A DNA stretch of 64,000 nucleotides from Trichechus inunguis (GCA_046562895.1 CM102171.1:24279509-24343508); one strand, 5' to 3'. Counted from the first letter of the stretch, positions 26,254-39,545 are shown. The notes: generated from the letters alone by a model not told the origin. Translations and numbers: made by a program.

Positions 26254-29120
26254 TTTCAAGGTATGGACAGGACAAATGAGCAGTGTAAGCCTGGGCAGTC
26301 TGGCTTTGAATCCATGCCCCTAACCACTGTACCATATCACCTTTTAGAAAAATAGGATCAGACACTAGATCCTGAATAACTCATTGTCCTATCTGGGTCT
26401 CAGCTATTTAGAGCTGTACTGTCCAGTCAGAGGTCAACAAGCCACATATGGCCTTTTACATTTAATTCAACCTTAAAAGTCAGTTCCTCAGTCACACTAG
26501 CCACATTTCAAGTGCTCCAAAGTCACACGTGATAGTCCAAAGACAGCGCAGATTTCGAACTTTTCCGTCATCACAGAAAGTTCTATTGGACAGTGCTGAT
26601 TTAGAAAGTTTAAACTAGAGCAGAGGTGGTAAATTTAAATGCACACAGGAGCCAGGCAGAGGATGTGAGGCCAGTGACCCAGGTATAAGACATCAGGGAA
26701 TGGTGGGGACTGCAGCGAGTGGAATGCTTGTGCCCACATATGTAGCACAGCTGCTAGTTGGCTCCAGCCAATTTTGCCATGTGGGAATGTGGGTCCAGTG
26801 TTCCTGGTCTCCTAATTCTGCAAGAGAAGTGGGAAGTGAGGACTGTGTGAAAACTCATAACTTTTAAATGCCATCCAAAAAATTGAAATTTTAAAGATGA
26901 TGTGGACCATGTGTAATATACTAGTGTCAGACCTCAAGTCTACATTCATGAGGCAGGATGAGAATCATTATCGGCACAAAGCTGATTGCTGTGAGGTGGC
27001 GGTCAGACATATTGCCACTCTCCAACTTTTTCACAATTTCTGACAGTAGCTGTCTTCCTCATGGCACTCTCTGCTTCTCTGCTGGGTTCAATAATTCATT
27101 GACGGGGCCACACAGAACTCACAGACCATACTCACGATGATGTGGTTTGTTAGTGAAGTAACAGGCTACAACTCGGGATCAGGATCAGCGTGGAAGTAAC
27201 AGGATACAACTCAGGAAACAGGATGCAGTTCATCAATCAAGACAGCTTCCAACCAAGACAACTTTTAGTTTCTTCTCAGCCACTCCCTCAGGCAGGCCAC
27301 CCTTCTCTCGGCCATGCCCACTGCTAGGCCTTCTCTGGGCCACTGCTGTGCTTGGGCAAGTGCTACAACTCTTTAGCTCCGCTGACAAGTGCTTGGAGGC
27401 ACCCTACTCCGCCAGCAAGCCTCCTGCCCAAAGGCTCTCAGTTGTCTCTTGCTGTGTGTTGGCAAGCCCATTGCAGATGCCTCACACCAGTCTCCTGATT
27501 CCGGTCGCTTGTCCTGCTGCCGTTCATGCTGCTGAGCCCTCTTATGCTGTCTTGCCCCATCTTTAGTGTTACAGCTCTCTGTCTCCTGTGTTTAGGAGGT
27601 TCTCAGCGCAAGGACCCCGAGTCCAAAGGAGGTACTCTGCTCCAGTATCTTCTTGATGATAGTGAAGTCCCCCTTAACCTCTGTGCATTTGGCCCTTACA
27701 TAAGCCTACTTCTTGTCGGTTTCAAGTCATAGCCCTCCTACCAGACCACAAACTGATCAATCCCCTTGGTGGACCAAAGTCGCTTAATTTGCATAGTATC
27801 AACCAATTCCCACAAGGTCACTTAATCCTATTGAGTGGTTTTACACACTCTATTTGCATAATAGACTGACCAGTCCCTGAAAAGTGCATAAAGTAGACCA
27901 ATCATGGGGCAGGCTACAGCCTGACCAATTGTTTTTGGCAGAACTACAAACCCAGGCAAGAAAAGCCATATATAAGACAAGCTCATTGCACTGCACCATG
28001 TAAAACTCTTCTCTTGGGCTGCTTTCAGCCTTGATTCTGTAATTTCATGGCTCCTGCCTATTTTTCCTATGCCAAGCTACCCCTTTTCTTTTTTGCTTCC
28101 CATTCCTCACCCAGGTTGGAAGCTGGGTGAATGGTTGAGTTGAAGAGGTGCTATTGCTTTCTGGTAGTAACTTCAAAAATGTCAGGCCAATGTCTCAGAG
28201 GACAAGGCTCTAAGTCACCTAGTAAACTCGGTTCCCTTTGAGTTATAACATGTCCAAAGTCCAAAGGTGCTGGCAGTTGGGATGGGGTTTCGGTCAACCA
28301 CATGGATCAGAAGCAGGTAGGATGGGGGTAGGTGGAATACCATACTCATTTACTTCCTTTCCTCTTTCTACCCACTGCCATCCCTGCCTGTAGCAGCAGA
28401 GAGCCAAGGGTGAGGGAACTCGGGAGGAAAAGGCTAGAATGATTTGTGTATTTCCAGCCCAACGGATTCTCTGGGAGCATCAGTTCTGTCAGGGGTTTCC
28501 TTCCATGAGAGGAGGACCATGTCTTAACAGTTAATCCAGGATTGTTTAAAGTACAAAGAAGGGTAGGGGTGCAGATAAAGATCATGCAAACATTCTTTGG
28601 CTCTGGGGTGTATTTATAAGAAATATTTGAACACACCTGAAGCCCTCAGGATCTCCTGGAATAATGGCTGCCTGCCTCCAAGAGCCAGCAAGCTGTTCAG
28701 AGCCACTGTTTCCCCTCTGTGCTGAAGGCCCGCTGCCTTTGCAGAAGGACCAATTCACCCACACTCTGTGGGGACTGGGGCTTTGATCTAAGGCAGTTTA
28801 GGGGAGGTGATGTTAGTGGGAGGGAGGGAAGGGAGTCAGCAAAGAACTCTGAGCTTCAGTGGTTAATGCGTCAGGTAGTTCTTGGCAAGGGTGAGGTCTC
28901 AATGGGCGTGTTATGCTGGGTAGGACGAAGAAAGGCAGAGGGCACTGGCTGTGCTGAAGCATGGAACAGTCAGAGTTGGAGGAGGACCGGTCCATTCCCC
29001 CATCCACAGTCCCTCCTGAGACTCTTTCCTCCTTGGCCCACTCCACGTGCTCATCCTGTGTCCTCTCCCCCACCTGTCTGTAATTCTCTGTGCTGCACTC
29101 TGGCCAGTCCTGGGATCACC

Positions 29121-29245
29121 ATGGCAACAGAAGAGTCCATCATCCGCATCCCTCCATACCACTATATCCATGTCCTGGACCAGAACAGCAATGTGTCCCG
29201 CGTGGAGGTTGGGCCAAAGACCTACATCCGGCAGGACAATGAGAG
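29121..29245 (+). CDS. MVP: MVP coding exon 1. The exon starts at the acceptor at 29108, leaving 13 nt of 5'UTR. Ends in phase 2.
   Basis: A polypyrimidine tract plus cag|TCCTGGGATCACC precedes ATGGCAACAGAAGAG. The exon encodes [41 protein letters not shown](R). Donor is GAGAG|gtcagt. Confidence 0.85.
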
Positions 29246-29486
29246 GTCAGTGTGGGGTTGGCTGTGTGTGGAGCCCTTGGGGCTGAGGAGTGCTCATTAG
29301 GCTGGCTGTCATGGTCGCAGTCCCCAGTCCCCTTCTTCCTTCTTTTAGGCAGAAGTGGCCCTCCCTCAGGTGACAGGGGGATTCCTGAGGGAATAGGTGG
29401 GCAGGTTTCTCTCCCATTCACTGCCTCCTCTGGGAGTTGGGGGAGGCCCTGCCTGGGCCCTCACCCCTCTTCTCACCCTCCAACAG

Positions 29487-29682
29487 GGTACTGTTTGCCC
29501 CTGTGCCCATGGTGACTGTCCCCCCACGCCACTACTGCACAGTGGCCAATCCTGTGTCCCGGGATGCCCAGGGTTCAGTGCAGTTTGACGTCACAGGACA
29601 AGTACGGCTTCGACATGCTGACCTGGAGATCCGGCTGGCCCAGGACCCCTTCCCCTTATACCCAGGGGAGACACTGGAAAAG
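29487..29682 (+). CDS. MVP: MVP coding exon 2
   Basis: Acceptor is caacag|G. The exon encodes (R)[65 protein letters not shown]. Donor is AAG|gtacct. Confidence 0.9.
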
Positions 29683-31849
29683 GTACCTTGGCTTGCCTCG
29701 CCTGTGCCCACTCTCCCTGTCCTGCCACCCTGTCCTAGGGCACCACACTACCTTCTGAGGGGAAAACAACCTGGGATAGTGGGAGGGGCTGGGAAGGGAC
29801 AGTTGCTGACTCTCAGTGGGGCAGAATTGACTCATCCCCCTTTCATCATCCTCCCCCAATCACCCCTTCCTCCACACACGCCCACAACAGATGACCCCTC
29901 CTTTGTGAACTGTTGACCCATCTCATCACCTAGTCTACCAGGCTCAGAGGCTGCTGGAAGCTCCCAGCCAGTTCTGGCACTAAATGACTTATGCATTTCA
30001 TTCACACGAACAGTGCCAGACAGTGTTGGGCAGTGACAAAACAATAACGGACAAGTGAAGGTCCAGGCTCAGATGGCCTGTTCCAAGAGAAGGCATCGGA
30101 GGCCTGAATTCCACCAATGCCTTGTCCATGCTGCCCTAAGGCCCTGGGCCAGGAGCAGGGGGACATCCCACCCCCATTTCCTTAACTGTTCTCTTCCCTT
30201 TATCTACTTGCCATTTTATACTTTTTCACTCTGGGTTCCTCTACTAACTCTTGGTGGTTACTGATCCTGGGTGCATAATAGCATGACCTGGGGGGCTTTC
30301 TAAAGCATTGGTGCCCACTTAGATGCAAACAGCTTGAGGGGAATAGTGTGTATGGAGAAGAAATGATGAAGAATGTGATTAAAATGTTACCCCTTGGAGA
30401 ATCTGGGTGGAAGAGTGTATGGGAATTCTTTGTGCTATTCTTGCAATTTTCTATAAATTTGAAACTGTCCAAATTAAAAGCTAAACAGTAAATTCATGTC
30501 CTGGCCCTACCCCAGGCCAATTAAGTCAACCTCTGGGTGCAGGTGGAGGGTAGTCCAGGCATCAGTATTTAAAAGCTCCCTAGGACTGAGAGTAAAAACT
30601 TTCCTCCTGCCTGCCCTGTTTTAGCCTCTGCTGCCTCAAGGATTTGGACTTCCCCAGCAGCCCCTGCCCATGGTAGAAGGTCATTCTGTCAAATCCTGGG
30701 TGCTTCAGACCAGGAGGGCAAAGCCTCTCCCTCCTTGGAGCCCAATGCCACTAGACGTTCTTTTTTCACCCTTGAGTCAACACTCCTTCAAGGCATTCAC
30801 CTCTGGCAGTACCATCACTTCATTTCCCACCATCACTGGCTCAGTGGGCCCCTGGCTCAGACCTCCCTTCCACCCCCATCCATCCTTCTGTCCTAGAACC
30901 CTCATTAATATCCTTGCAGATGGCCCTGCCAACAACTTGGCCTTATTGACCTCAACTCTGAGGACCCTCACAAGTTCTGTTCTGCTTCAGCCCCTGCCCA
31001 GTACCACATCCACTCTGGACTTGGTTATTCTCTCACCTGCCCCAACTCTGAGATCTAAACTCTATCCTCTTCCTTCCCACCAGCTCCCTCCCTTCCTTAT
31101 CGCTCCTCTGTTGTCTTCTCACCCATCTCTGGATTCTCTTCCTGGTCTTTTTTTGCTATTCCAACAGGACCTTATCACTTCCACACTTCTCACAAACTCT
31201 CTCTACTCCTCTACCCTTGACTCTCTGGGGCAAAACTGGTCCTGGACCAGAGTTACATCCCACCTACCCTTTCCATTCTCACACTCAGGAAAAGTGTTCC
31301 TGTTAGAAAAACTATAGCCATGTGGACAGATGCCTTCACGATGATAGTATTATAAACAGCTAATGGATTAATGGGTTACTTCCAGCCTTAGCCCTGTCCA
31401 CCAGTTCTCTTCCTTTCTAGCTACCTTTTCACTTTCTCTGTATGCTTCTAAATACTTATTGTTTTCCACTTTCTTCCTATGTTCTGCACCCCACTCTTGA
31501 AGAATTTGGTTACCTATTTAGTTAAAAATTGAGTCCATCTGGCAATATCTGGGTCTGTGTCCCATTCCCTTACCTACTCTCATCTCCCTTCTATCTGTTG
31601 GAGGAGGTTCCCCTGTATCCAGGTGGACCCAGGCATCTGAAATATCCCACTTTATCTCTTAAGACCTTTTCCCCCATCTATCATTTCTGTTTCATTTTTG
31701 TCTGTAACTTCTCTACTATGCCTTTTTCTGGACCAATTGATTATAATCTATTTACAAAAAGGCTATCATGCTGTATACCTTTGTTTGTCAGTATATTTCA
31801 AATTAATTTCTGCACACTGGTACATATAAGTCATATCATGTTTAATTGT

Positions 31850-32690
31850 ATGACACAAATTTGCTTGCTGAAAGTGGGAAGAGGGCTTGAAGCACTTACT
31901 GATGAAGGTAAAAGACTATAGCCTTCAGTATGGATTCTACCTGAACTAAAATCCTTAAAATTGGACCAAAAAACAGCATCATGATAAATGGTGAAGAAAT
32001 TGAACTTGTCAAAGATTTCATTCTTCTTGGATCAACAATCAGTGTCAATGAAAGGAGCAGTCAAGAAATCAAACGACATATTTCATTGGGCAAATGTACT
32101 GCAAAAGACCTCTTTAAAGTGTTAGAAAGCAAAGATATCACTTTGATGACTAAGGTGCCCCTGACCTACGCCATGCTATTTTCAGTTGCCTTGTGTACAT
32201 GTGAAAGCTGGACAATAAGAAAGGAAGACTGAAGAAGAATTGACACTTTCAAATTATGGTGTTGGTGAAGAATATTGAATTTGCCTTGGATTTCCAGAAG
32301 AATGAACAAATCTGTCTTGGAGGAAGTACAGCCAGAATGCTCCTTAGAAGTGAGGATGTCAAGACTTCATTTTGCTTACTTTGAACACATTATCAGGAGG
32401 AACCAATTGCTGGAGAAGGATATCATGCTTAGTAAAGTAAAGGGTCAGCAAAAAAGAGGGAGACCCTCAATAAGGTGGATTGACACAGTGGCTGCAACAG
32501 TGGATTCAAACATAGCAACGGTTGTGAGGATGGCACAGGACCAAGCCCTGGTGGTGCAATGGTTGAGCGCTTGGCTGCTAACCAAAAGGTTGGTGATTTG
32601 AACCCACTAGCTGTTCTGCGGGAGAAAGATGTAACAGTCTGCTTCCGTAAAAATTAACAGTCTTGGAAACCCTATGAAGCGGTTCTACAG
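31850..32690 (+). mobile_element. RTE/BovB 3' fragment followed by an AfroSINE-like segment (32537-32690), inside MVP intron 2
   Basis: ORFs 31981-32232 (MINGEEIELVKDFILLGSTISVNERSSQEIKRHISLGKCTAKDLFKVLESKDITLMTKV) and 32275-32601 (...RRNQLLEKDIMLSKVKGQQKRGRPSIRWIDTVAATVDSNIATVVRMAQDQALVVQWLSAWLLTKRLV) match the RTE ORF. The tail is gccctggtggtgcaatggttgagcgcttggctgctaaccaaaagg. Confidence 0.7.
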
Positions 32691-34602
32691 CTACCTCATA
32701 CTGGACATCAAAACCTACCACTTTCCCTTACCCTCAGATCCCTTCTCCCATATTCTCAGTCTTACTTGGTCATCTATTGTGTACCCAGTCACTCAAGCTA
32801 GAAGCCTGCAACAGTGTGGGAGATGGGCTAGAAGGAGACTAAGGTGGCAGCCAGGACACCAGTTGGGAAGATAATTCCATCAGCCAGGAAAACATGTTGA
32901 TGACTCAGACCACAGTGATGGCAGGAATAGACCAAAGTAGACCTGGGATGTTTGCATGGAACAGACAGGAAGTGATGATAGAGTAGATGCAGGAGGTGGA
33001 AAACATGTTGGACTACACTCTTCCCAAAATTCTCACCATTTTTCTCCTTCCACATGTGTCTCAAAAGCCAGCTCTGTGTTTGAGCCCCAGATCAAACACC
33101 ACCTTCTGAGGACCTTCCCTACCCTCTCCTTCATCTGAACTTCTGTAGAGCTTGTCTCCCTTGACACTGCCTGCACTCTGCTTGGAGAAGGTGTCTGTGT
33201 CTATGTCTTATCACCCTGATAGAACTTAAACCCCAGGATGACAGGCGGTATCTCCTGCCCCTACCATAACTGACAGAGAGCCATGCACATAGAAGGTGTA
33301 CAGAGAAGGCTTGCCCAAGCAGTGAGCCTGCAGCTCTGCCTCTCTCCTGCCTTAGTTTGTGGTCAGTGGGTAGAGTTGCTTCATCTCCTTCTCTCCCTCA
33401 GGGCTCGTCTAGCCAGAGTAGAGAGCATCAGTGGAAAGGGGGGCAGACAGGCTTCACCAAAGACTTGGGTTCAAGTCTTGATTCTGTTCCCTGCTAGCTG
33501 TGTGACCTTGGTCACATCCCTTGACTTCCGTGAGCCTCTATTTCCTTGCTTTCTTGCCTCCTTCAGAACATTGTCAAAGATCAAATGAAGTCCTGTTTGT
33601 ACAAGTATTTCTAGAAATTAAACTTATAAAAAGCTTGAGTACTTTTTGCCAGGCCCTTTTCTACCTAACAGAAAGAGAGGTGATGACTGGAGTACAAAGG
33701 CCATCTTTTGCCCATGAGGCAACCTTGAGATAAAGCCACATGCCTAAAGCTTACCTGTTATGTCAGTTTATACCTTCCTGCATCCTTATACTTCCTAGAA
33801 AGTCACAAGGTACACTGGTGTGATACACTCACGGGTTGTCTCTCTGGTGGTCCCAGGATCCTAAATAGCCATGCCATTAGGAAGAGGACACCACTGATAG
33901 TGATCTCCCCATGAGTATCACATCCATCTGATCAGAGCCTGAACCACACATGACACTCCCAGAGTGTCAACACAGGAAAGTAGCTTTTATTACTTACAAA
34001 ACGAAGCAGACAGCACACCAGAATAAACGTAGATCCATTTTTAAGCCAGTCCCCCCTTGACTCGAAAAGGCTATCTGAGCAGAGATAGTGACTTTTCTAT
34101 GCATACCCCACATTGTACCATAGGCAAGAGACTCAAAGGGCCTTCCTTAAGCCAATCCTCCCTGGCTAGGTAGACTAGTTAGGTGGGATGGAAAGCTCTG
34201 CTACATGTGTGCCATAGATGAGGGATTCCAAGTCTCTCCCCTAGACATTTTTATACATCAAAGCCTATGTGACTCACTACATGGAGCTCAATATAGATTT
34301 TCCCACCTGACCATCTGAAGGGGGAGGTGGCTAGACATTTTGACACCTAGCCTGGAATTGCATCTTTTTAACCCTGCTGACAAACATCAGGCCTGGGGGA
34401 GGTGGTTTGTTCTGAGGCTAAGATGCTAGCAGAGGGAGGAATGGGGAAGACCATAGCTGTTGGGCTGGTCTGAAGGACAGCCTCCTCACACTAGGCCATG
34501 AAGTATTTATTTATGCAGCTTCCCATGTCTCTCCTACAACCCCCACCAAGCCCTCTAACCAGTTTCCCTCATAGTGAATTACTAGCTCCAAACCATTTCT
34601 AA

Positions 34603-34750
34603 GGAGCCCTGGAGGTGCAGTGGTTAAGGGTTCAGTTGCTAACCAAAAGGTTGGCAGTTCGAATCCACCAACTGCTCCTTGGAAACCCTATGGGGCAGTT
34701 CTATTCTGTCCTATAGGGTCACTATGAGTTCAGATCAACTCGACGGCAAC
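34603..34750 (+). mobile_element. AfroSINE (MVP intron 2)
   Basis: ggagccctggaggtgcagtggttaagggttcagttgctaaccaaaaggttggcagttcgaatccaccaactgctcc...cactatgagttcagatcaactcgacggcaacc. Confidence 0.85.
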
Positions 34751-35013
34751 CATACTTAACTATTTCTAAACACTTTCTGCAGGAGGAACATGTTATTCTG
34801 GCTCATCAGTAATGGCATCTTCTAGCTCTGTGGATGCCATCGCTTTGTTCTTCAGACCAGGTGGCTTTGGAATTACCCCCACCTTACACATTCCACCCAG
34901 GATCTTATTTCGGGACATGTAAAGGTTTTTGCCATGGACTCTGATCTCCAAGGTATCAGGTTTGACACCTAGAGTCCCAAGACAGCTGCCCATGAACCCC
35001 TTTCTCCCACTAG

Positions 35014-35137
35014 GGCATCACCCCGCTGCAGGTGGTTCTGCCCAACACTGCCCTGCATCTTAAGGCATTGCTGGATTTTGAGGATAAGAATGGAGACAAG
35101 GTGGTGGCAGGAGACGAGTGGCTATTTGAAGGACCTG
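35014..35137 (+). CDS. MVP: MVP coding exon 3
   Basis: Acceptor is ccactag|GGC. The exon encodes [41 protein letters not shown](G). Donor is CCTG|gtaagt. Confidence 0.9.
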
Positions 35138-35249
35138 GTAAGTTGTTCCTCTTCCATAGAGCCCAAGTTGGGGTCAGGGGCTTCCTGCCTTCCCACCTCA
35201 GCCCCAATATCCTCTGACCTTTAATGTCCACATCATCTTCCCTTCCCAG

Positions 35250-35381
35250 GTACATACATCCCCCAGAAGGAGGTGGAGGTCGTGGAGATCATTCAGGCCA
35301 CAGTCATCAGGCAGAACCAGGCCCTGCGGCTGAGGGCCCGCAAGGAGTGCCGGGACCGGGATGGCAGGGAGAGGGTGACAG
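35250..35381 (+). CDS. MVP: MVP coding exon 4
   Basis: Acceptor is ttcccag|GTACA. The exon encodes (G)[43 protein letters not shown](G). Donor is ACAG|gtgggg. Confidence 0.88.
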
Positions 35382-35789
35382 GTGGGGTTGTGAAGGGTCT
35401 ATGATGGTGGGTGGGCAGGCAGTGCCTCTGACTGCCTCTGCTGCAGAGGAAGTAGGGGAAGGTTGGGGAAAGCTACTTGTAGCTCCGGAGAAAGTGCTTC
35501 CCCAGTAGCTCTTGAAAGCAGTTAGGGACTGCCACTGCTTCCCCATCTCCCATTTCATGCTGGCTCTACCCCAGCCCCAATCCTGTGATCATAATCATGT
35601 TGACATGGGTTTGTTTCCCTTCTTCACCCTGAGCTAGGTGCAATGGCCCCTTCTTATCTGGTTCTAGATTAACAAAACAGGTATTCAAATACAATTAACA
35701 AATGCAGCCGTTATCCTGTGCCAGGTATGGTTCTAAATGCTTTACAAATATTACTTTATTTAATCCTCACACAGCCTTGAGATACTGTT

Positions 35790-36190
35790 GTTGTTACGTG
35801 CCGTCCAGTCATTTGCTACTCATAGGGACCCGATGTACAACAACAAAACACTGCCCAGTCCCGAGCACATTGTTGTAGCCACTGTGTCAATCCATCTCGT
35901 TGAGGGCCTTCCTCTTTTTCGCGGACCCTCTACCTTCCCAAGCATCATGTCCTTCTCCAGGAACTGGTCCCTCCTGATAACATGTCCAGTTGAGATACTG
36001 CTATTCCTATTTTCCATTTGATAAAACTGAGGCACTTGCCCTGGGTGTAGGCCCAGGAGGGTGAGGCTGGGGACTTGTATCCAGGCACTCTGCTTATTCA
36101 ATAAATTAAATCTGCTGCCCATTTCAGGGCCAAGATGGGCAGGAAGAAGTTGGACTTCAGCTGTTAGAGAAGCATAGCAGGGTGTTGGCA
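35790..36190 (-). mobile_element. RTE/BovB 3'-end fragment (reverse orientation), MVP intron 4
   Basis: Minus ORF ...RRDQFLEKDMMLGKVEGPRKRGRPSTRWIDTVATTM.. The + strand reads tgttgttgttacgtgccgtccagtcatttgctactcatagggacccgatgtacaacaac..., the reverse complement of the RTE/AfroSINE tail. Confidence 0.65.
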
Positions 36191-36408
36191 TAACAGCAAC
36201 TTGGTAATCTTGGAAGGGCTTTTCTATTCTCCTGGGCTGGGTTAGAAAGGAGCCAATACAAGGACTCCTATCAGGCCCTTGATCCCAGATGCAGTGGCAT
36301 TGTCACCTACAAAGCCCTCCTGGTCCCCTGTTGCCCAGGCTGTGGGGAGGGGCAGCTAAGGAACAGGCTGAGTGACCTTTGACCCTTATCTCTCTGTCCT
36401 TGGCCCAG

Positions 36409-36503
36409 GAGAAGAATGGCTGGTCCGGTCAGTGGGTGCATACCTACCAGCAGTGTTTGAAGAGGTTCTGGATTTGGTGGATGCTGTGATCCTCACGGAA
36501 AAG
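36409..36503 (+). CDS. MVP: MVP coding exon 5
   Basis: Acceptor is ggcccag|GAGAAG. The exon encodes (G)[31 protein letters not shown]. Donor is AAG|gtttgt. Confidence 0.88.
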
Positions 36504-36815
36504 GTTTGTGCTCTGAGGGTGGTGACTTAAGGGGCCCCGGCGTAGGGAGTACTCAGAGTGGCAGAATGTAAGAGTAGAAAAGAATTCATATTTCTAGGGC
36601 CACTAAAAATATAAAATTAAATCAAAGGTCAGATCACCTGAGGAGTATTCTGGGTCATCTGAAAAGGCTCAAAAGGCCTCCTGGGTTGGTACAAATTGTC
36701 ACTCAGACCTGGGAGCGTTTAGTGGCCACTGGGTGGAGTTGCTGCTCATTCCAAGATCTCCTGAGGAAGCTGAAGGTAGGTTTACCCAAACACCCCCAAT
36801 GTCTCGGCTCTACAG

Positions 36816-37052
36816 ATAGCCTTGCACCTCCGGGCTCGGCAGAACTTCCGGGACTTCAGGGGAGTGACCCGCCGCACTGGGGAGGAATGGCTGGTGACAG
36901 TGCAGGACACAGAGGCCCATGTGCCAGATGTCTATGAGTTGGTGCTGGGGGTTGTACCCATCACCACCCTGGGCCCTCATAACTACTGCGTTATCCTCGA
37001 CCCAGTCGGACCAGATGGCAAGAACCAGCTTGGGCAAAAATGTGTTGTCAAG
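36816..37052 (+). CDS. MVP: MVP coding exon 6
   Basis: Acceptor is ctacag|ATAGCC. The exon encodes [79 protein letters not shown]. Donor is AAG|gtaccg. Confidence 0.9.
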
Positions 37053-37649
37053 GTACCGTCCTCTTCCTCCCTGTTGGAAGTCTTCCCCACTTGACCCAGA
37101 GGCCTGCCCTGGGAGCATAAATGCCCTGGAATGGCATGAGACTCTCTGGCTTTCTCCGTTCTCTCCTCCCACCCCAGGCACACATTCCAGAAACGCCAAG
37201 CTTGCCACGGCTCTCTCTGGGCCTTCAGTCACGTAGTTCTGTGTGCCTGAAATAATGTCCCACCTAACTGCCTCCTCTTTGAGAGCCTTCCTGGTCTTCC
37301 CCCAAGCCTGGAGACCCTGCAGCTCTTTCCCTTCCATTACACATCCCTTGCTTCTGGCAACTTTTATCGTTCCTGGGTGCATGCATGTTAACTTCCTTGG
37401 ATTTGATGATAGCTGATTTTTAAAAATTTCTCAGTTCACCCTTCTCCTCACACAAACTCTTCCCATCTCTGAACTATAGATGGGACCACCAGGGGCCAGC
37501 ACACCTTTTCTGTCAAGGTCCAGGTAGTAGATAATTTAGGCTTTATGGGCTATCTGGTTTCTGTTGCAACTATTCAACTCTGCCATTGTGGCAGGAACAT
37601 TGACAACAGGAAAATGAATGGGTGGGGCTGTGTTGCTATAACACTTTAT

Positions 37650-38125
37650 TTATAAAAGTAAGAGGCAGAAAAAGTGGAAACAACCCATATGTCCATCGGT
37701 TGATGAATGGATAAACAAAATGTGGTATATCCATACAATGGAATGTCATTCAGCTATTAAAAAGAACGAAGTACCAGTACATGCTATACAACACGCATAA
37801 GCCTAGGAAACATTATGCTAAGTGAAGAAGCCAGATACAAAAGGTGACATATTGTATGATTCTATTTATATGAAATGTCCAGAATGGGCAAATCCATAGA
37901 GACAGAAAGTGGATTAGTGGTTGCCAGGGGCTAGGGGTAGGAAGAATGAGGAGTGATTCTAATGGGTATGGGGTTTCTTTTGGGAGTGATGTTCTAAAAT
38001 CAAATAGTAGTGATGATTACATAATTCTGTGAATATACTAAAATCACTGATTTGTACACTTAGAAGGATGAATTTTATGGTATGTGAATTATATCTCCAT
38101 TAAGTATATATATTTTTTAAAAAGG
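37650..38125 (+). mobile_element. L1 3' end (ORF2 C-terminus plus 3'UTR plus A-rich tail) in sense orientation within MVP intron 6
   Basis: ggaaacaacccatatgtccatcggttgatgaatggataaacaaaatgtggtatatccatacaatggaatgtcattcagctattaaaaagaacgaag... translates to ..KQPICPSVDEWINKMWYIHTMECHSAIKKNE... and ends ...ccattaagtatatatattttttaaaaa. Confidence 0.75.
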
Positions 38126-38440
38126 CTGGAATTGGCCGAAAGGCCAGAGTTTGCCAACCCCTGGACTGTACCATCCCAAGAAAACAAAAAATGGGAGAAC
38201 TGAAGAGGAACAATAGGTGAATTCTTAACCACTGAGCTTGTAAGGATCCAGGTCCTGAGAGAGCTTCACAGTCCAGATAACTCTCCACTGAGTTGTGATA
38301 TGGGTGAGGGTGGAGGTAGATAGTCATTTTAGGCTCCTATCCTCAACACAAGCCTGAGGCCAGATTGGGCTGGGGGAGGTGCCGTCAGTGGCATCTGTAA
38401 CCTTGAGTGGCAGCTGTTCCAACCCCATGTCTCCCACCAG

Positions 38441-38722
38441 GGAGAGAAGTCTTTCTTCCTGCAGCCAGGGGAGAGGCTGGAGCGAGGCATCCAGGACGTG
38501 TATGTGCTGTCGGAGCAGCAGGGACTGCTGCTGAGGGCTCTGCAGCCCCTGGAGGAAGGGGAGGATGAAGAGAAGGTCTTGCATCAGGCCGGGGACCGCT
38601 GGCTCATCCGAGGGCCCATGGAATACGTGCCGTCCGCCAAGGTGGAGGTGGTGGAAGAGCGTCATGCCATCCCTCTGGATGAGAATGAGGGCATCTACGT
38701 GCAGGATGTCAAGAGCGGAAGG
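38441..38722 (+). CDS. MVP: MVP coding exon 7
   Basis: Acceptor is cccaccag|GGAGAG. The exon encodes [94 protein letters not shown]. Donor is AGG|gtaaca. Confidence 0.9.
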
Positions 38723-39349
38723 GTAACAGCTGGGGGGTGGGCAGCTGTTGCTGCTATGCGGCCATCACAGTGACTTCTCTGGGGAAGCAGGGTGATGCTT
38801 CAGTGGACAAGTACATGGTAGAGGTGCGGGAAGGGACTTCAACTGCACTGACAGCAATACCTTAGCAGGTTGGTAGGTACAAGGGTGTTCCTTGAAGTAT
38901 CTGCCATCCCTTTTTTTGGTCTTAAATTTCAAAGTTTAGAGATCCCAACTGAAAGGATGAGCTTGGTTTAGGTGGGAGACTCCGTCCCCACTGTGATCTG
39001 GTCCCCAGCATGAAGGTCTGACTGGGGTATGGCCTAGGAACAATAAGAACCTACCTCCTTCCCATGTCCATATCCTGGTGGAGTCCTTCCTTCTTACCAC
39101 TTCACCCAAGTAAATCCTAAAACCTGACCATGAGCTGATTATGACCACATCTCCAAACTCTTTCACTAAGAATCCAACCTAGAAGTACAGCTCAGGATCG
39201 TAAGGGGGTATTAGTGTATAGTACCTACTTCCTAGGATTGCATCTGTCCCCATGGTGCCCCCAAACTCGCCCTTGAAGGAAAATACCAGGAGAAATAATA
39301 CTGAGCACTTTCTATATGATAAGTGCTGTTCCCAGCACTAGACATATAC

Positions 39350-39545
39350 CAGTTGCCATTGAGTCAATTCCAGTTCATCCCACGTGTGTCAGAGTAGAAC
39401 TATGCTCCCTAGATTTTTCAACGACTGATTTTTCGCAAGTAGAACACCAGGCCTTTCTTCTGAGGCTCCTCTGGGTAGACTCAAACCTTCAGCCTTTCTA
39501 TTAGCAGCCAACCACATTAACCATTTTTACCACCCAGGGACTCCA
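39350..39545 (-). mobile_element. AfroSINE, long form (reverse orientation), MVP intron 7
   Basis: cagttgccattgagtcaattccagttcatcccacgtgtgtcagagtagaactatgctccctagatttttcaacg...cagcctttctattagcagccaaccacattaaccatttttaccacccagggactcc. Confidence 0.7.

Noticed and set aside
30670-31317. Longest ORF in the track (215 aa, + strand) inside MVP intron 2
   Set aside because: Low-complexity P/S/L/T-rich translation of a CT-rich ancient interspersed repeat. No start context, no domain, and it lies within an intron.
36810-37382. 190-aa minus-strand ORF overlapping MVP exon 6
   Set aside because: Antisense of a GC-rich coding exon plus flanking intron. Antisense ORFs over real exons are common artefacts. 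The + strand reading matches MVP perfectly.
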